Positions 26,691 to 40,376 of a stretch of 64,000 nucleotides of DNA are shown here, one piece after another (the stretch's first letter is position 1; the number at the start of each line of letters is the position of its first letter). The DNA is from Octopus vulgaris (lineage: Eukaryota): positions 106,578,001 to 106,642,000 of the forward strand of contig OX597818.1 in NCBI GenBank assembly GCA_951406725.2, written 5' to 3'. Position numbers and translations under genes: made by a program. The notes under the pieces were generated by a model, which was not told where the DNA came from, made no database searches, and was given only the letters and a program-made list of their open reading frames with translations.

Positions 26691-27426
26691 CACACACACA
26701 CATACATAAATGTGTCTGCGGATCGATAGATAAATATACATGAGTATTGCGCTCTCATATGTATATAAGTATATATATATATATATGTGTGTGTGTTTGT
26801 GTGTGCGTGTGTGTATAATATCGATAAATATACAAGTGTATTGTGTATCTACATAAGTACATGTGCACAGCACACGTACCTGTATGTATATGTATATATT
26901 CATAAATGTGTGTGTCTGAACACATCCATTTGCCTATGTTGACGTGTGTGTGTTACTCTATGTGTTCAGCGCAGTCTATTCATTGCCGTTCATCGATAAT
27001 GTCCTTATAATAATTATTGCATGTCTATGATGGATGAAGAACGTGAAAAACCATGCCGTTCATTTGTTTAGTGCGGAGGTGTTCGGTTGAATGTTGGTTA
27101 ATAGCAGCAGCGTGGCAATGTGGAATTACGTGGAAAGGCGCAAAACAGTTGGCAATTAGTTTAGAGAAGAAATATTAAGAGGAAGTATGGAATAGAAAGA
27201 AAGGTAGATCGGAAAAGGGCAGGACTTGTAGCAAAACGACTAATATATTTGAAAGAAGGAAATGGAAAATGACAATGTGAGATGCTGAAAGCTCTTTTTC
27301 GAGATGACAGACACGTAAAAGAAAGACTGAGAAATTTGTTAATATTTTATTTTTTGAGAAGTGAAAAAGAAAACGTGTCTCGAAGTGAAATATATAATTT
27401 CCAGTTGAGTATTTTTTTTTTTTTTT

Positions 27427-27634
27427 GTACTTGTTTCAGTCATTTGACTGCGGCCATGCTGGAGCACCGCCTTTAGAGTGGTGAAAGAGTACAGCAGGGA
27501 TCACCACCATCCCCTGCCGGAGCCTCGTGGAGCTTTTAGGTGTTTTCGCTCAATAAACACACACAACGCCCGGTCTGGGAATCGAAACCGCGATCCTCCG
27601 ACCGCAAGTCCGCTGCCCTAACCACTGGGCCATT
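27427..27634 (-). mobile_element. tRNA-derived SINE with CR1-type tail
   Basis: Minus strand: A-box tggcccagtgg, B-box gtttcgattcc and tail ggcggtgctccagcatggccgcagtcaaatgactgaaac. Confidence 0.8.
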
Positions 27635-28603
27635 GTTTTCTTTCTTTTTTTTTTTTTTTACTGCTAAGTGGAAACGAGAAAAAAAATACACGAAATATTT
27701 ATTGCCTGAGGTGCAACATCGTAGAATTGAACACGGGTTCTCCTGTTTGCGAACCGAAGCTCTTAACCATTTTGGCAACCTTGTGGACGCAACACATACA
27801 CACACACACACACAAATGTTCTTTTGTGAATGTACATTATACACTCACGCACTTGTCGATACAAAAATTATTTCCGAACACACCCACATAAATCAGGTAA
27901 GACTGTACTTGCATGCCTACTACACAGATAAATACATAAATACTGCGTGTGTGTGTTCGCGCACGTATACGCACACACACACACACATTTATATACACAA
28001 ACGTATCAGCGTGTCTCAAACAGAGGAAACTATCCGCGCTTTCACATCTCCTTGCCCTGCCTGTGTGTATGTATCTGTGCGTGTGTGTGTCTGTTGGGAG
28101 TAATTATTGGGTTCATTTGTTTCATGGTAATAAAGAAACTAAAAGTAGAGAGGAAGAGTAGCATTTTCGAGTGTAGTGACTTCTAGGAACAGCTAGAAAT
28201 GGTAAGAACTTGCCAGAAGCGGAGTGAAAACAACGAGTGGATGAAGAAGGATAACAAATAAGTACCATTTGAAAGAAACATGCAGTCAAGTACAGTGTAC
28301 TTTGAAAGCCAAGCAATATAGACACATACAGTGAAGTACGTAAACATACAATGCATAAACCCACCGTCCTCCTCCGAAGACAAATTTTAGAATTATAAGA
28401 TGGATTTTAAAACTGTTTGCCGATATAGATTGCTTACAGATGAGAATACACACACACATACATACACACACACGTTTCCAGATAAAAAAAAAATTGACTT
28501 AAAGTATCGAACGTATTAGGATAGAGACTAATTCTTCTAAGGAGGCAATTCACGTTGTCGCTGCTTCAATTTCGTATTTTTGACGCATTGTTTAACAAAT
28601 CAA

Positions 28604-28649
<46 letters not shown>

Positions 28650-28654
<5 letters not shown>

Positions 28655-28823
28655 GGAGTAAACACATAAATGTGAAACAAGGTGGAAAAAAGAGTACTCA
28701 AATACCAGTGGTAGAGTAATATGCTTTATTTTAAGCAGCAGAAAATTCAAAAACTGTCTGATGAACGGCAACGAGAAACTCAGAGTAACAGATTTTGTTG
28801 AATTTTCTGCTGCTTAAAATAAA

Positions 28824-28829
<6 letters not shown>
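28650..28829. mobile_element. Head-to-head short repeat (family C) with 32-bp inverted arms
   Basis: Arms at 28719-28750 and 28798-28829 (1 mismatch), flanked by (TA)n on both sides. The tail recurs at about 32603-32676. Confidence 0.75.
28754..28791 (+). ncRNA. Minimal type-I hammerhead ribozyme-like motif
   Basis: CTGT-CTGATGA-A-CG-GCAA-CG-A-GAAA-CTCAGAG-TA-ACAG: canonical core, paired stem I, GNRA-capped short stem II and GUA cleavage triplet. Confidence 0.7.
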
Positions 28830-28876
<47 letters not shown>

Positions 28877-29428
28877 GAGAACAGGTAAAGGCATACCTAG
28901 ATAAGTGTACCTCACCTGACTTAGTTTCCTCATAACTTTTAGTGAAACATTTTTTTAAATGAAATTTTCTACTTATTCATATCAGATGGGGGAAGGTGAT
29001 GGTTTGGTTATGTTGGAATTTGCACTGAAAATTCTTTCGGAGAGTGGAGAACCTGTTCATTGTAAAAATCGCTGAGTAATCTGCAAGTGTTAATATATAT
29101 TACATAACCCTCTGTCACAATCGTTGTGTCAGTGTGTGCCGAACCTTGTTCTTTGAATTACAAGTCCAACACTTCCATATTCCCTCCCATCTAACTTATT
29201 TTAATGTAGTAAAGCACTCTTTTCTAGGGGATGCCAATGCAGTGAGGTCGAACCCTCCAATCTATTACTGGGAAGCGAATTTCTTGATCGCTTGGAAACT
29301 CCTCTTCACACATACACACACACGTTCGTATACATATATACATACAAGCATATGTACGCGCACGCACACAGTCACACACACACACACATGCGCGCACACG
29401 CACATTTATATATATGTATGTGCAGGTG

Positions 29429-29640
29429 TATGGCCCACTCGGTTAAGGCATTGCACTGACGATCATGAGATCGTGGCTTCGATTCCCAGACCAAGCGGTG
29501 CCTTGTGTTCTTCAGCAGAATCCTTTATTTCACGTTGCTCTGCAGTCATTTCGACACCTGGCACAATGGCACACTTGTGCTCCCGTCAGACATGTCAACC
29601 TGATGGAAGGAGTGATCTTAAGGGCAACACAAACAGTTGA
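29429..29640 (+). mobile_element. Diverged tRNA-headed SINE
   Basis: A-box-like tggcccactcgg and B-box-like gcttcgattcc, followed by cagacc as in the 27427 family head. Confidence 0.55.
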
Positions 29641-30599
29641 TCCCTATAAACAAATCATCCCTGTGTCTGTTCAGCAAGATATTGTGGAATCGTCATCCGT
29701 CGTCTAACGACGTGGGAGTCCATGATATATGCACATACATATGTATACATATGTAAATACACACACACACACACACGCACTCACATGTATTATATACATC
29801 CATATGTGTGCGTATGTATATACATATTCATATATAGGTAATATGTGTGTATGTGTGTGGCTGGATGTCCTTCCTCATACCAACCACTTCACAGAAATTA
29901 GTCTCAAATGTACTGAGTGCTTTTTACATGGCACCAGCACCCGGTGGGTTGGGTTGCTACGTAACTAATTAATATCCCCACTGTGTGTGTGTGTGTGTGT
30001 AAGGCTACAACAGAGAGGGCAGGTAATGGATGGCTACAGCACAAAGAGAGGGGCCAGAACAGATTTCTTGTTGTAGAAGTGCATGATTGCTGATACAGAA
30101 ATGGATGAGAGTAATCTAAAGTGATGATGAGATTCAGAGGGAGCTCGGAGGATGTAAGAAGTGGAAGGGAGGCTGGGATAAGGTGGCAAGAGTGTATGGG
30201 GAGAAAGAAGGAGAGCAAGGAATGAGGTAGGGATATAAATGTACTGAACAATGGGGTCAAAGTTAGGGTTTCAATGACCGATAGGTGTTGGATGGAAGGT
30301 CAGGAGACTGGTAAGGGTACGGAGGGGGGATGTTATGAATGGGGGAAGGGGGGTAATCCATGACACCTATGAGTTGTGAAGTAGGTCCTGATTAGCAGGA
30401 GAGAGGAGGGTGAAGACCAACAGAATAGATGGTAAGAGATGACTTGTGGACAGGGAAGTTGCAAGAGTGGGAGTGGAGAGCAACATGCATTGCATGGATC
30501 TTTCTGTGTCCACTCACACACACATACATGTTTATTATTATAGATATATATAATATATATATATATGAATATGTGTGTGTGTACATATATAGGATACAT

Positions 30600-30858
30600 C
30601 CCAAATTCCGCTGAGATCAACATTGCCTTTCATCCTTTCAGGGTCAATAAATAAAGTACCAGTTTCACACTGGGGTTGATGTAATCGACTTAATCCCTTT
30701 GTCTGTCCTTGTTTGTCCCTTCTATGTTTAGCCCCTTGTGGGCAAAACACTGCCAGATCTGAATGGGCCTAATAAAGCCTTCCGGCTTCACAGACCCCAG
30801 TTGAACCGTCCAACCCATGCTAGCATGGAAAACGGACGCTAAACGATGATGATGATGA
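30600..30858 (+). mobile_element. 5'-truncated Meta-like SINE fused to a (GAT)n-tailed SINE end
   Basis: Switch at about 30743 (cttgtgggc|aaaacactgccagat). Confidence 0.75.
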
Positions 30859-31184
30859 TATATATATACGTCAATTTGTAAAGGCATTACTGCAGCTGGA
30901 ATATTATTTTGCCATAATCATTAGAGAATCTCTGGGCACAAACCACACTAAAGTCACCTGTGCCATTCATTGCTATGAAGACAATAAATAAAGGACAACT
31001 TCTCTGTCACTTGTTGATTCATCTCTTCTTATCCCTCTTCCTGCCTTCCTGTGCACGTGTGTGTTTGTGTGTGCATAGTTAGAAATATAACTATATCTTT
31101 CTGTTTTTCTATCTATTACTGGTTTCAGCCAGTGGCTGAGGCCATGCTGGGGCACTGCCCTTCAGTATGATTAAGCTCACTTTC

Positions 31185-31222
<38 letters not shown>

Positions 31223-31239
31223 TATATATATACATATAT

Positions 31240-31410
31240 GTGTATCTTTCTGTTGAAGAGCGTAGGCTCGAAACATTAAAGACTTGTTTTATTTGTATTC
31301 CTGAGCGCCATACTAATACAATTGTTTGTTTGTATTCCACCTGCCTTCGTCTTTTGTTTATTTCCGTAAACCTGCCTTCGTCTTTTGTCTGTTTTCATAA
31401 AGCTTCCCGT

Positions 31411-31411
<1 letters not shown>
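31240..31411 (+). mobile_element. HHR-bearing family B copy
   Basis: 31245-31282 reads TCTTT-CTGTTGA-A-GAGC-GTAG-GCTC-GAAA-CA-TT-AAAGA. Confidence 0.75.
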
Positions 31412-31444
<33 letters not shown>

Positions 31445-32575
31445 AACAGACATATATACAGATGTGGATGCGTTGTAGCAACTTTCTTTCCTAAGTACCT
31501 AGTGCCAAGTTACGTCCCACTCTATGGAATTTGGACAGGTGACTTCAACTGTAGCATTGGACTGACCAAAACCTTGAGATTGGATGTGGTAGATGGAAAG
31601 TAAAGAAAGATATATATGTATATATATTTCTATGGATATATGTAAATGAATATGTTAATGTGTGTGCATATGTTTGTTTCCTTCCCCCTCACATGGGGTG
31701 ATATTAGTATTTGAGTGCCACAGTCATTCCTTACCAATATTCTGTAAGAATTCGTATGGCTGTAAGGAAATATTAACTTGCTTGGAAAACAAGTGGCAGT
31801 TGGCAAAGGTAAATCTGCCTCAAAAACACTATGCAAACATGGACAGAAGATGCTAAAATGCTGATAGGGATATGTTTGTATATAGAAAGATAGAGAGAGA
31901 CAAAGAAATATAAATACATACGTATATATGTGTATGTGTCCACACGTTTATATATATTTAATCTGTATTTCTTTGTCTCTCCTTTCTCTCTCTCTCTCTC
32001 ACTACACACACACACACACACACACATTCCTTTGTTTACAAACATTTTTATGGGCAAATGCATCTGCTGTCGCCAATCATTACCTGTTCCTGGAGTAGGT
32101 TTTTATATACATGTCTTTATTAACATTTTACAATTCACTGGTCTGCAAAATCTTTGAGCAATCGATTTTAATATCAACATGCAACGCAGACATTACAGCA
32201 GCATTCTGCACATGTGTTGATATGCAATGCTGTTGCATGCACACACACACACACACATTTGTACATGTGCATATATATATATATATATATACATATACAT
32301 GATATTGTATGTATGTATATATTTTGTATATATATACACATATATATATGTATCATTGTGTGTATATACATATATCTGTATGTGCACACGCACATGCACA
32401 CATATATATGTATATGCATATATATGTAGATAGATATAGATATACACATATACTTTATATATATATATACATACACACACACACATATACTTATGTATAC
32501 ATATATTATACACACACATACATTCTTCCTTTATTATTAAAACTGAGTAGCAGTTTTTGTTGATACCTTTGCAGC

Positions 32576-32608
<33 letters not shown>

Positions 32609-32677
32609 GCATATTGCTCCACCTCCGGTATTTGAGTACTGTTGTTTTCCAACTTGTTTTGTATTTATGTGCTTACT

Positions 32678-32730
<53 letters not shown>

Positions 32731-32745
32731 ATTTATATGTACATA

Positions 32746-32796
<51 letters not shown>

Positions 32797-32814
32797 ATTT
32801 ATATGTACATATGA

Positions 32815-32846
<32 letters not shown>

Positions 32847-32928
32847 ATTTATATGTACATATGAATATATATATATATATAACTAAATGTCTATATGTGT
32901 GTATTTATATGTACATATGAATATATAA

Positions 32929-32982
<54 letters not shown>

Positions 32983-33035
32983 ATATATATGTGTATATAT
33001 ATATGTGTGTGTGTGTTTATATATATATATATATA

Positions 33036-33200
33036 TTAGTTAAAATTTATAGAAAAACAAAAGACAAAGATAAGTGTGTCAACATCAAGCAACTGTATTA
33101 GTTTGATGCTCGGGGAAAATGAAAAAGTCTTTTACATTTCAACCCTACGCTCTTCAACAGAAAGGAATAAGAGAAAATACTCAGAGAGAATGAAATAAAT
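33036..33200 (-). mobile_element. Degenerate family B copy
   Basis: Minus strand 33164-33129 reads CTTT-CTGTTGA-A-GAGC-GTAG-GGTT-GAAA-TG-TA-AAAG. Confidence 0.65.
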
Positions 33201-33256
33201 ATATATATATATATATATATCTGTATGCATATTAATATGTAAATGTATATGTATAT

Positions 33257-33296
<40 letters not shown>

Positions 33297-33914
33297 CATA
33301 CACACACACATATGCATATATGTGTATGCATGTATGAATATATATTATATATGCATACATAAACTAGGATTGTCTTCCAGTCCCCTTTCTTGCCCTCACT
33401 GCCCTGCTCATTGTATTGCTGCTCCTCCCACCCCACCCATTTTTCTACCCAGGTCCTTGTTACTTGTGGCTATACCCTAGCACTACACCATCTCTCTTCT
33501 GCTCTCTCTTACACTTTTCTTGTTTCCTACTCTCTCTCTCTCTCTCTCTCCTCATGGTTTTTCTTCTGACCAGGTAACCAAGTATCTCTTTTGCATCAAC
33601 ACATTTGTTTCTGGTCTCTTTTTTGTACCTGTCTCTCTGTCTCTCTGTCTCTCTCACTGGGTAACCATGTGTTTCCTCTATAGCAAGACACCCATTTCTG
33701 CCTCTCTATTTCCCTGTTTCACTCTAATCCTTCATCATCTGCTACTGGATCACCTCCTCCAATGTCCCCCACCCCATTAAAGAAAGACATCTGCTTCTGT
33801 CTCTGTCACCCACTAATCTTTCATCCCCTGACACAAGTTCCCCTCCTCTAATGCTCCTGCTCCTCTCATAAGTCCTTGTCTTGCAAGTTACTTAATGAAC
33901 CCTACCACTGCTGG

Positions 33915-34223
33915 TGCTACATTGGAAGTGTTTGGAAGGGCATCCAGCTGTAAAAATCATACCAAAAGTAACCTCGCCTGTGCTAGTGCCACGTAAAAAG
34001 CACCAACCGATCGTGGCTGTTGCCAGCCTCCCCTGGCACCTGTGCCAGTGGCACGTAAAAAGCACCACTACACTCACGGAGTGGTTGGCATTAGGAAGGG
34101 CATCCAGCTGTAGAAACACTGCCAGATCAGACTGGAGCCTGGCACAGCTTCCTGGCTTCCCAGACTCTAGTCAAACCGTCCAACCCATGCCAGCATGGAA
34201 AACGGACGTTAAACGATGATGAT
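33915..34223 (+). mobile_element. (GAT)n-tailed SINE
   Basis: Two ggaagggcatccagctgta motifs and tail ggaaaacggacgttaaacgatgatgatg. Confidence 0.85.
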
Positions 34224-34289
34224 GTTTATACACATATGTGCATATACATCAATAAGAGTACATATATATGCATATATTTTGTTTTATTG

Positions 34290-34545
34290 ATTCTAGCCAT
34301 GAGGTTGTGTTGGGGTGCTGCCATTCAGAATGATTGGGTTTATTTTACATATTGTTTCTTGTGAAGTGGGGAGTTGGACAGAGCTGCTCTTCTCTGTGTC
34401 TCTTGCCAAAATCTGGGTTCAGATAAAAATGTGTTCAAATGTTCTTCAAATCTCTTGCAAATTTTTGAGGCTGTTTGGCAGAACGTTGACCAGTTGTGGA
34501 CACTTGAATCCCAAGCAGTTACAGTACTGCTTTCTTTTTCTGGAC
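34290..34545 (-). mobile_element. Degenerate CR1-type LINE 3' fragment
   Basis: Reverse complement resembles 52280-52560. Confidence 0.5.
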
Positions 34546-34611
34546 GTAGAAGATATATTTATAAATATATCCATTTACACGGATACATACATACATACAT
34601 ACATACATACA

Positions 34612-34643
<32 letters not shown>

Positions 34644-35860
34644 CATGTATATGTGTGTGAGCATTAATATATATATACACACACACACAAATATACATTC
34701 AAAATTCAAATACAGGCATATTGATGTAAACTTTCTCTACTTAGAAGAAATGAGACACATAAGAGGGTTCAGGAAAGTGTATAAAGTCCCTGAGGTGCTC
34801 TAGCATGACTGGAACTGTATGGATGGAACACATAAAAGGTACAGCAATAGCTAGGGGGTTTCAAAGGCTCACACCTCTTGAACGCTCAGTGAAAAGAATT
34901 AAAAATCCTACACAACATGGTTATGGATGTTTTCAAAAAGGAATTGCACAGCCCCCAGTCCACAATACTAAACCCTCAAATGTTGTCACAGGCCAAAGGT
35001 GAGAGAAATGAGGAAAATGGCACTTGCAAAGGGTGGTGATATGAAACCCGACCACACAGAACAAAAAATCAACCCCTGTCACAATGGGGAGCCAGCATGA
35101 CTGCACTGACATGGTTGAAACATATAAAAAACAAAACAAAACAAATATATATAAATACACACACATACAATATATACATACATACATATATATATACATA
35201 CATATATATTATGATAAAGGGTAACAATCATTAATGATTTTATGAGGGGGGTCAGCATGGAAATAAAAACTTTTTAGATAAATTTTACAAATATTTTAAT
35301 AATTAAGAAAATTAGTGCATGGAGAGGCTTATAGCCAATACCTTGTTATAATTATGTATATAATTATATATATATATTAAAAAACTTAGGGAATTTATTA
35401 ATTGTGGTAAATAGTTTCATTTATTAGTATTATTCAATGAATTTATAACATATACAGAGTTTTTTACTTTTTAAATATTATTAACTTATGTTTGACATAA
35501 TAATGGTAATATATACTAATATTGATAGGGATAACTTTCACAGTAAATTATTAGGTGGTTTAATATGAAGTGATTATAAAATAGTCAATGGGGATTTCTT
35601 CCTGTTTAGCACTTTCTATATATATATATATATGTTGTTATACTTTTAGGTGTTTAATTTTATTAAATTTTTATGAATTTTAAAAATTTTATAATTAAAA
35701 AAAAATTTTTTTAATCTTTTAAATTTTGTAAAAATATATTAGGAAATTATATATAGAGATACTTTTATTTTCATTTTATTCTTATTTTTCATGAAGATAT
35801 CTTAGAATTTGTATGATTAAGTAGGATCTGTTAATAATAATAATAATATAAAGAAATATA

Positions 35861-35930
35861 GCCTGAGGATGCACTAGTAGATTTATGTATTAAGCATAAA
35901 ACAAACCACCAGCACAGAAACACGTGTAGC
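35861..35930 (+). ncRNA. Hammerhead-like motif with canonical core
   Basis: GC-CTGAGGA-[tgcactagtag...ccaccagcaca, decayed stem II]-GAAA-CACGTG-TA-GC, with palindromic stem III. Confidence 0.55.
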
Positions 35931-36587
35931 GTTAATTAATATTATCTTCTTTCCCCACAGACTAACAACAGGTAAGGTATATATATATATGTTTCAAAAT
36001 GTGTTTATATAATTTCTAACTAATTCTAATGTACTTTATTTTATTGTACGATATAGTAGGATTTAAAATGATTATATTATTAGATTAGTATTTTCGATAT
36101 AATTTTCTATGTGTACTCCTGTAAATAAGGTTATCCTGAAATTGAAGTTGTGGTCCTATAGGTAAAATCCCAAATTTGTAATAATAATAATAATAATAAT
36201 AATAATATATATATATATATATTTCTATACATATGCTTGTGTATGTATATATATATAAATTTTACGCTACATTTAATAATTCCTTACTCAACTAAATAGA
36301 CAGCAGTTACCATTTTGCAGTCAAGAAACCAGCATGGTCTTTTTCCCTCTTGTTGTGACAGTATATTCACAAAGCCTACTTCACTATTTTGTAACAGGTA
36401 CAGAATTGTCATTCAACTGTGCATACTTTGTTGTATTTATAATTCAAGACCAACGGGGAAGATACTTTGTGTGGGGAAAGAAGTTCTGTTCATTGTCCAC
36501 AAGTGTTGTGCACCATTTTTGCAAGTGGAACCCAACTCAGCCACCAGCGTCTCACATCTTTCATTAACACCACACCCTTATACATGT

Positions 36588-36630
<43 letters not shown>

Positions 36631-36636
36631 TGTATA

Positions 36637-36846
36637 TTCTTTTATTTGTTTCAGTCATTTGACTGTGGCCATGCTGGAGCACTGCCTTTAGTTGAACAAA
36701 TCGATGCCAGGACGATGGTCTTCTTTCAGTTTCCATCTACAAAATCCACTCACAAGGCTTTGGTCAACGTGGGGCTATAGTAGAAGACACTTGCACAAGG
36801 TGCCATGTGGTTTGTAAGCAAGCTACTTACCACACAGTCACTCCTG
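36637..36846 (-). mobile_element. Internally deleted CORE-like SINE
   Basis: Head and tail of the 57615 family are juxtaposed. Confidence 0.8.
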
Positions 36847-37113
36847 TGATTACATTTATACACACATGTATATCTGTATACATATACATTTATACAAACA
36901 TGTAGTATATATATATATACAAACACATTTATACATACCTGTATATATATATATATACACCAACCCTATACATACACACGTCCAGACCCCTCCTACGCAC
37001 TATTAGCTGGTCCTTCAACCATATTATCAACCCTATTATCTCCCCTTATTTCGCTCTCGCGTCTCATGTTTGATCTTTGACCTCTGGCCGAAATCAGATA
37101 GCCATGTTGATTC

Positions 37114-37308
37114 GTTAGCTACTGCACGCATTTTTTTTCTCTCCTTCTTTCTGTGTTTTTTTCTCTCTGTGTATCTTTCTGTTGAAGAGCGTAGGCTCGA
37201 AACGTTAAAGACTTGTTTTATTTATATTTCCTGAGCGCCATACTAATACAATTGTTCGTTTGTTTTCCACCTGCCTTCGTCTTTTGTCTATTTTCATAAA
37301 GCTTCCCG

Positions 37309-37310
<2 letters not shown>
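37114..37310 (+). mobile_element. HHR-bearing family B copy
   Basis: 37174-37211 reads TCTTT-CTGTTGA-A-GAGC-GTAG-GCTC-GAAA-CG-TT-AAAGA. Ends in (TA)n. Confidence 0.75.
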
Positions 37311-37345
<35 letters not shown>

Positions 37346-39739
37346 TATGTATGTATATATATATGAGTATGTGTATATATATGTGTGTGTGTGTGTGTAT
37401 ATATATATACACACATCTGTACACCACTATATTTATCTTTTATGTTTTACTTGTTCCATGCAGAGGCACCACTGCCTTGTGGAATCTTTTAGCTGAAATA
37501 ATCAACCCCAGCGTTTCATGTCTTTTTAAGCCTGGTACTTATTCTTTCGGTCTCTCATTAATTATGGGGATGTAAACATATGCCTATTATTAGAAATGTG
37601 TCATGTCTTCACCCCAAGGAGTAAATTCAGCCTCTTGCAGTCGTTCATCTGCTGCACTGTTACAATCTTATTAGTGCAGTGATGTTGAACTGCATCAAGC
37701 TCTGCTGCTAGACTGGTGGTCTGTGGTGACCACAGTGGAGAGCAGCAATCCAAGCAGTTAAGAAGAAAGGTCCTCTACAAGGTCAACATGATTTCTTAGT
37801 CTCTTGTCTATTATGGACCTTAATATTCATCTGCCTGTTGTCTGCAATTCATTGCTATCTCGGAGATGTGCATATGAAATGATGCCTCATAACAAATACT
37901 GATCCTCAAGTCTCAGGGGCTGAATGTGCAGGTTCATATCTAATTGTGTGTGGGTGTGTGTTGTACTGCAGAGGACACAACACTATGCCTCAGCATTAAT
38001 ATATATATTCATATACATATATATTACATACACATATATTCAAATATATATGTTTATATACTCATATATACACACATATATCAATTCACACACACACACA
38101 CACACGCTGGAACTCAAGTTAATCCAATTCTACAATACAAAGATGACTGACTAAGTGTGCCAAATGAACTACTGAATGGTACTGATTCCAGTCCACAGGC
38201 AGGTGACACAAAATACATGCTGTGGTATGTATATGGATGATCGCATAAGGTCTAGCTTGCTCCCAATTTTGGAATTGGAAGCTATAATAACCACGAAACT
38301 GGACGCCACTACATTGTATCAAAAATACCACCGTCTCCATCCTGAGTGAGGGCACAGCACTGTAACTGGTAAGGTTTCAAGGGCATACAACATTTCAACA
38401 CTGCCAAACAACCTCAGAGATCTGCAAAAGATGTGGATGTTTGCAAAAACATATTTGTACAGATTTTCATCTGAGGTGTCAGGTGAACCCATATTGCAGC
38501 AGCAAAGACAAAGAAGTGCAGCTCTGTATAGGTCACCATTCCACCAGAAACAGTTTCAGAAAGAAATCTGGGAAGTAAGTGTGAAATACAAACCACTCAC
38601 ACACAAGGCATGGCCATAGCTTTTGGTTAAAACTGGCAAAAGCGTATGTATAGACATACACACACACACACGGACAGACAGAGAATAAATGAGAGGAGAC
38701 ATATGTAGGTACCTGAATATATGAATGGCCCTCATATACTTTCAATTTGTTCATTCTACTGACATCTCAATGGCTGAAGCAGGATTAGAAGAATATCGTC
38801 CAATATGCCATGATGTGGGATTGAAATGAAAACTAGGTTTGCAAAGCACTTTTCGTATCTTGTCAGGTACCGTTCCACATTCACAAACGACAACCACTCA
38901 CAACATGTTATACTGGAACACACACAATTATATAATACACATGAAAACAAGGCTTACAGATGTAAATATATCAACGAAACATACGTACGCACCTATCAAT
39001 ACATAAATATATGCATATACATACATACACATATTCATACACAGGCATTCATACCCACACATACACTCCCCCCACCACCACATATATATGTATGTATGAA
39101 TGAATGGGTGGTTGAATGTATGTATGTATGTACGTACATAATGGTGTGCTTATATGTGGTTGTGCAGGATTTCATGTTCAGTTCCACAGGGTAGCAACTT
39201 GTGAATGTGTTTTCTGCAATAGTACTGGGCTTACAAAGACATTTTGCACAAGTTTATAATATAATAATGAAATTATTGTATACAGTGCTCAGGTGCAACA
39301 CAGATAGTGTGCGTGTGTGTTTGCTAAATAGTGTGTATGTGTGTGTATATACAGACACACACATATACAAGGAGTCCATAAATTATCCTTAGAACTTCCA
39401 CAATTTACCGTTTAGATGAGTTGCGTGTAACCAGTGGAACCCATGTGGAAATGTTCTTATGTTTCTAATAAAACTTTATTTGTTTGGCCCTGTTTTCCAA
39501 TAAACATTTGTGAGTTATCCTTATTTTCCATTTTAATTGGAAAGGAAATTTATGAACACCTTCTGTGTATGCATGTATGTATGTACACACACACACACAG
39601 AGTCAAAGACAGATAAAAATGTAACTGTACACATGTATAAATTAATATGTATAAATATATATTTATATATATATATATTTAAACATGTACATTATTTAGA
39701 ATGAGAAAAGAGGACCGCGCAGTATAAAATTAAGGGCAG

Positions 39740-40225
39740 AACAAAGAGCAATCTAGCTTAGTTGCACATATCAATGCAACGTGTCAGCTACAGAGAAGGG
39801 CTAAGAAAATTAAGACTTTACTCCCTAGAATGGTGGCGGGAAAGATATGCAGTGATATACATCTGGAGAATCCGGGATTGGAAGTTATGCTAACAACAGA
39901 ACAGGGCACCATGCAAAGTGCCAAAGTTCCAACCATCACCATCAAGATACAAGAACAGATACGTAAACGGCTTGGAGTTCAAGAGCCCACAGCTCTTCAA
40001 AACCTTCCAAAAAACCTGAGAGACCTGCGTGGTGAGGATGTTGTTGTCTTCAAAGCAAAACTGGATTTCCTTCTCTCAAGGATACCAGATGAGCCTACCT
40101 CACAGTAGGTAATGCCAGCTAGGGTAGCAGCATCAAACTCCCTCATTCACCAAATTCCGCATATCAAAAGAGGTTTGAAGTAGAAAAAGTGTAGCAAAGC
40201 TAACATGCTGCCCAAGCATGGTTTC
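39740..40225 (+). mobile_element. CR1-type LINE 3' fragment
   Basis: Peptide LPKNLRDL...FKAKLDFLLSRIPDEP, homologous to ORF 51929-52522. Confidence 0.75.
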
Positions 40226-40376
40226 TCAAGTTAACTAGTTTCTCAAGCTGAAACTAGTTAACGAGTGTTTGTATATATATATATATATATACACACACAC
40301 ATGCAAATATGAGTGTATATATGTAAATATAAATAAATTAATATATGCACACACATATAAGTGTATGTGTATATAT

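Noticed and set aside
28122-28383. Hydrophobic minus-strand ORFs in unique sequence
   Set aside because: No motif, no clear splice signals, and length expected by chance.
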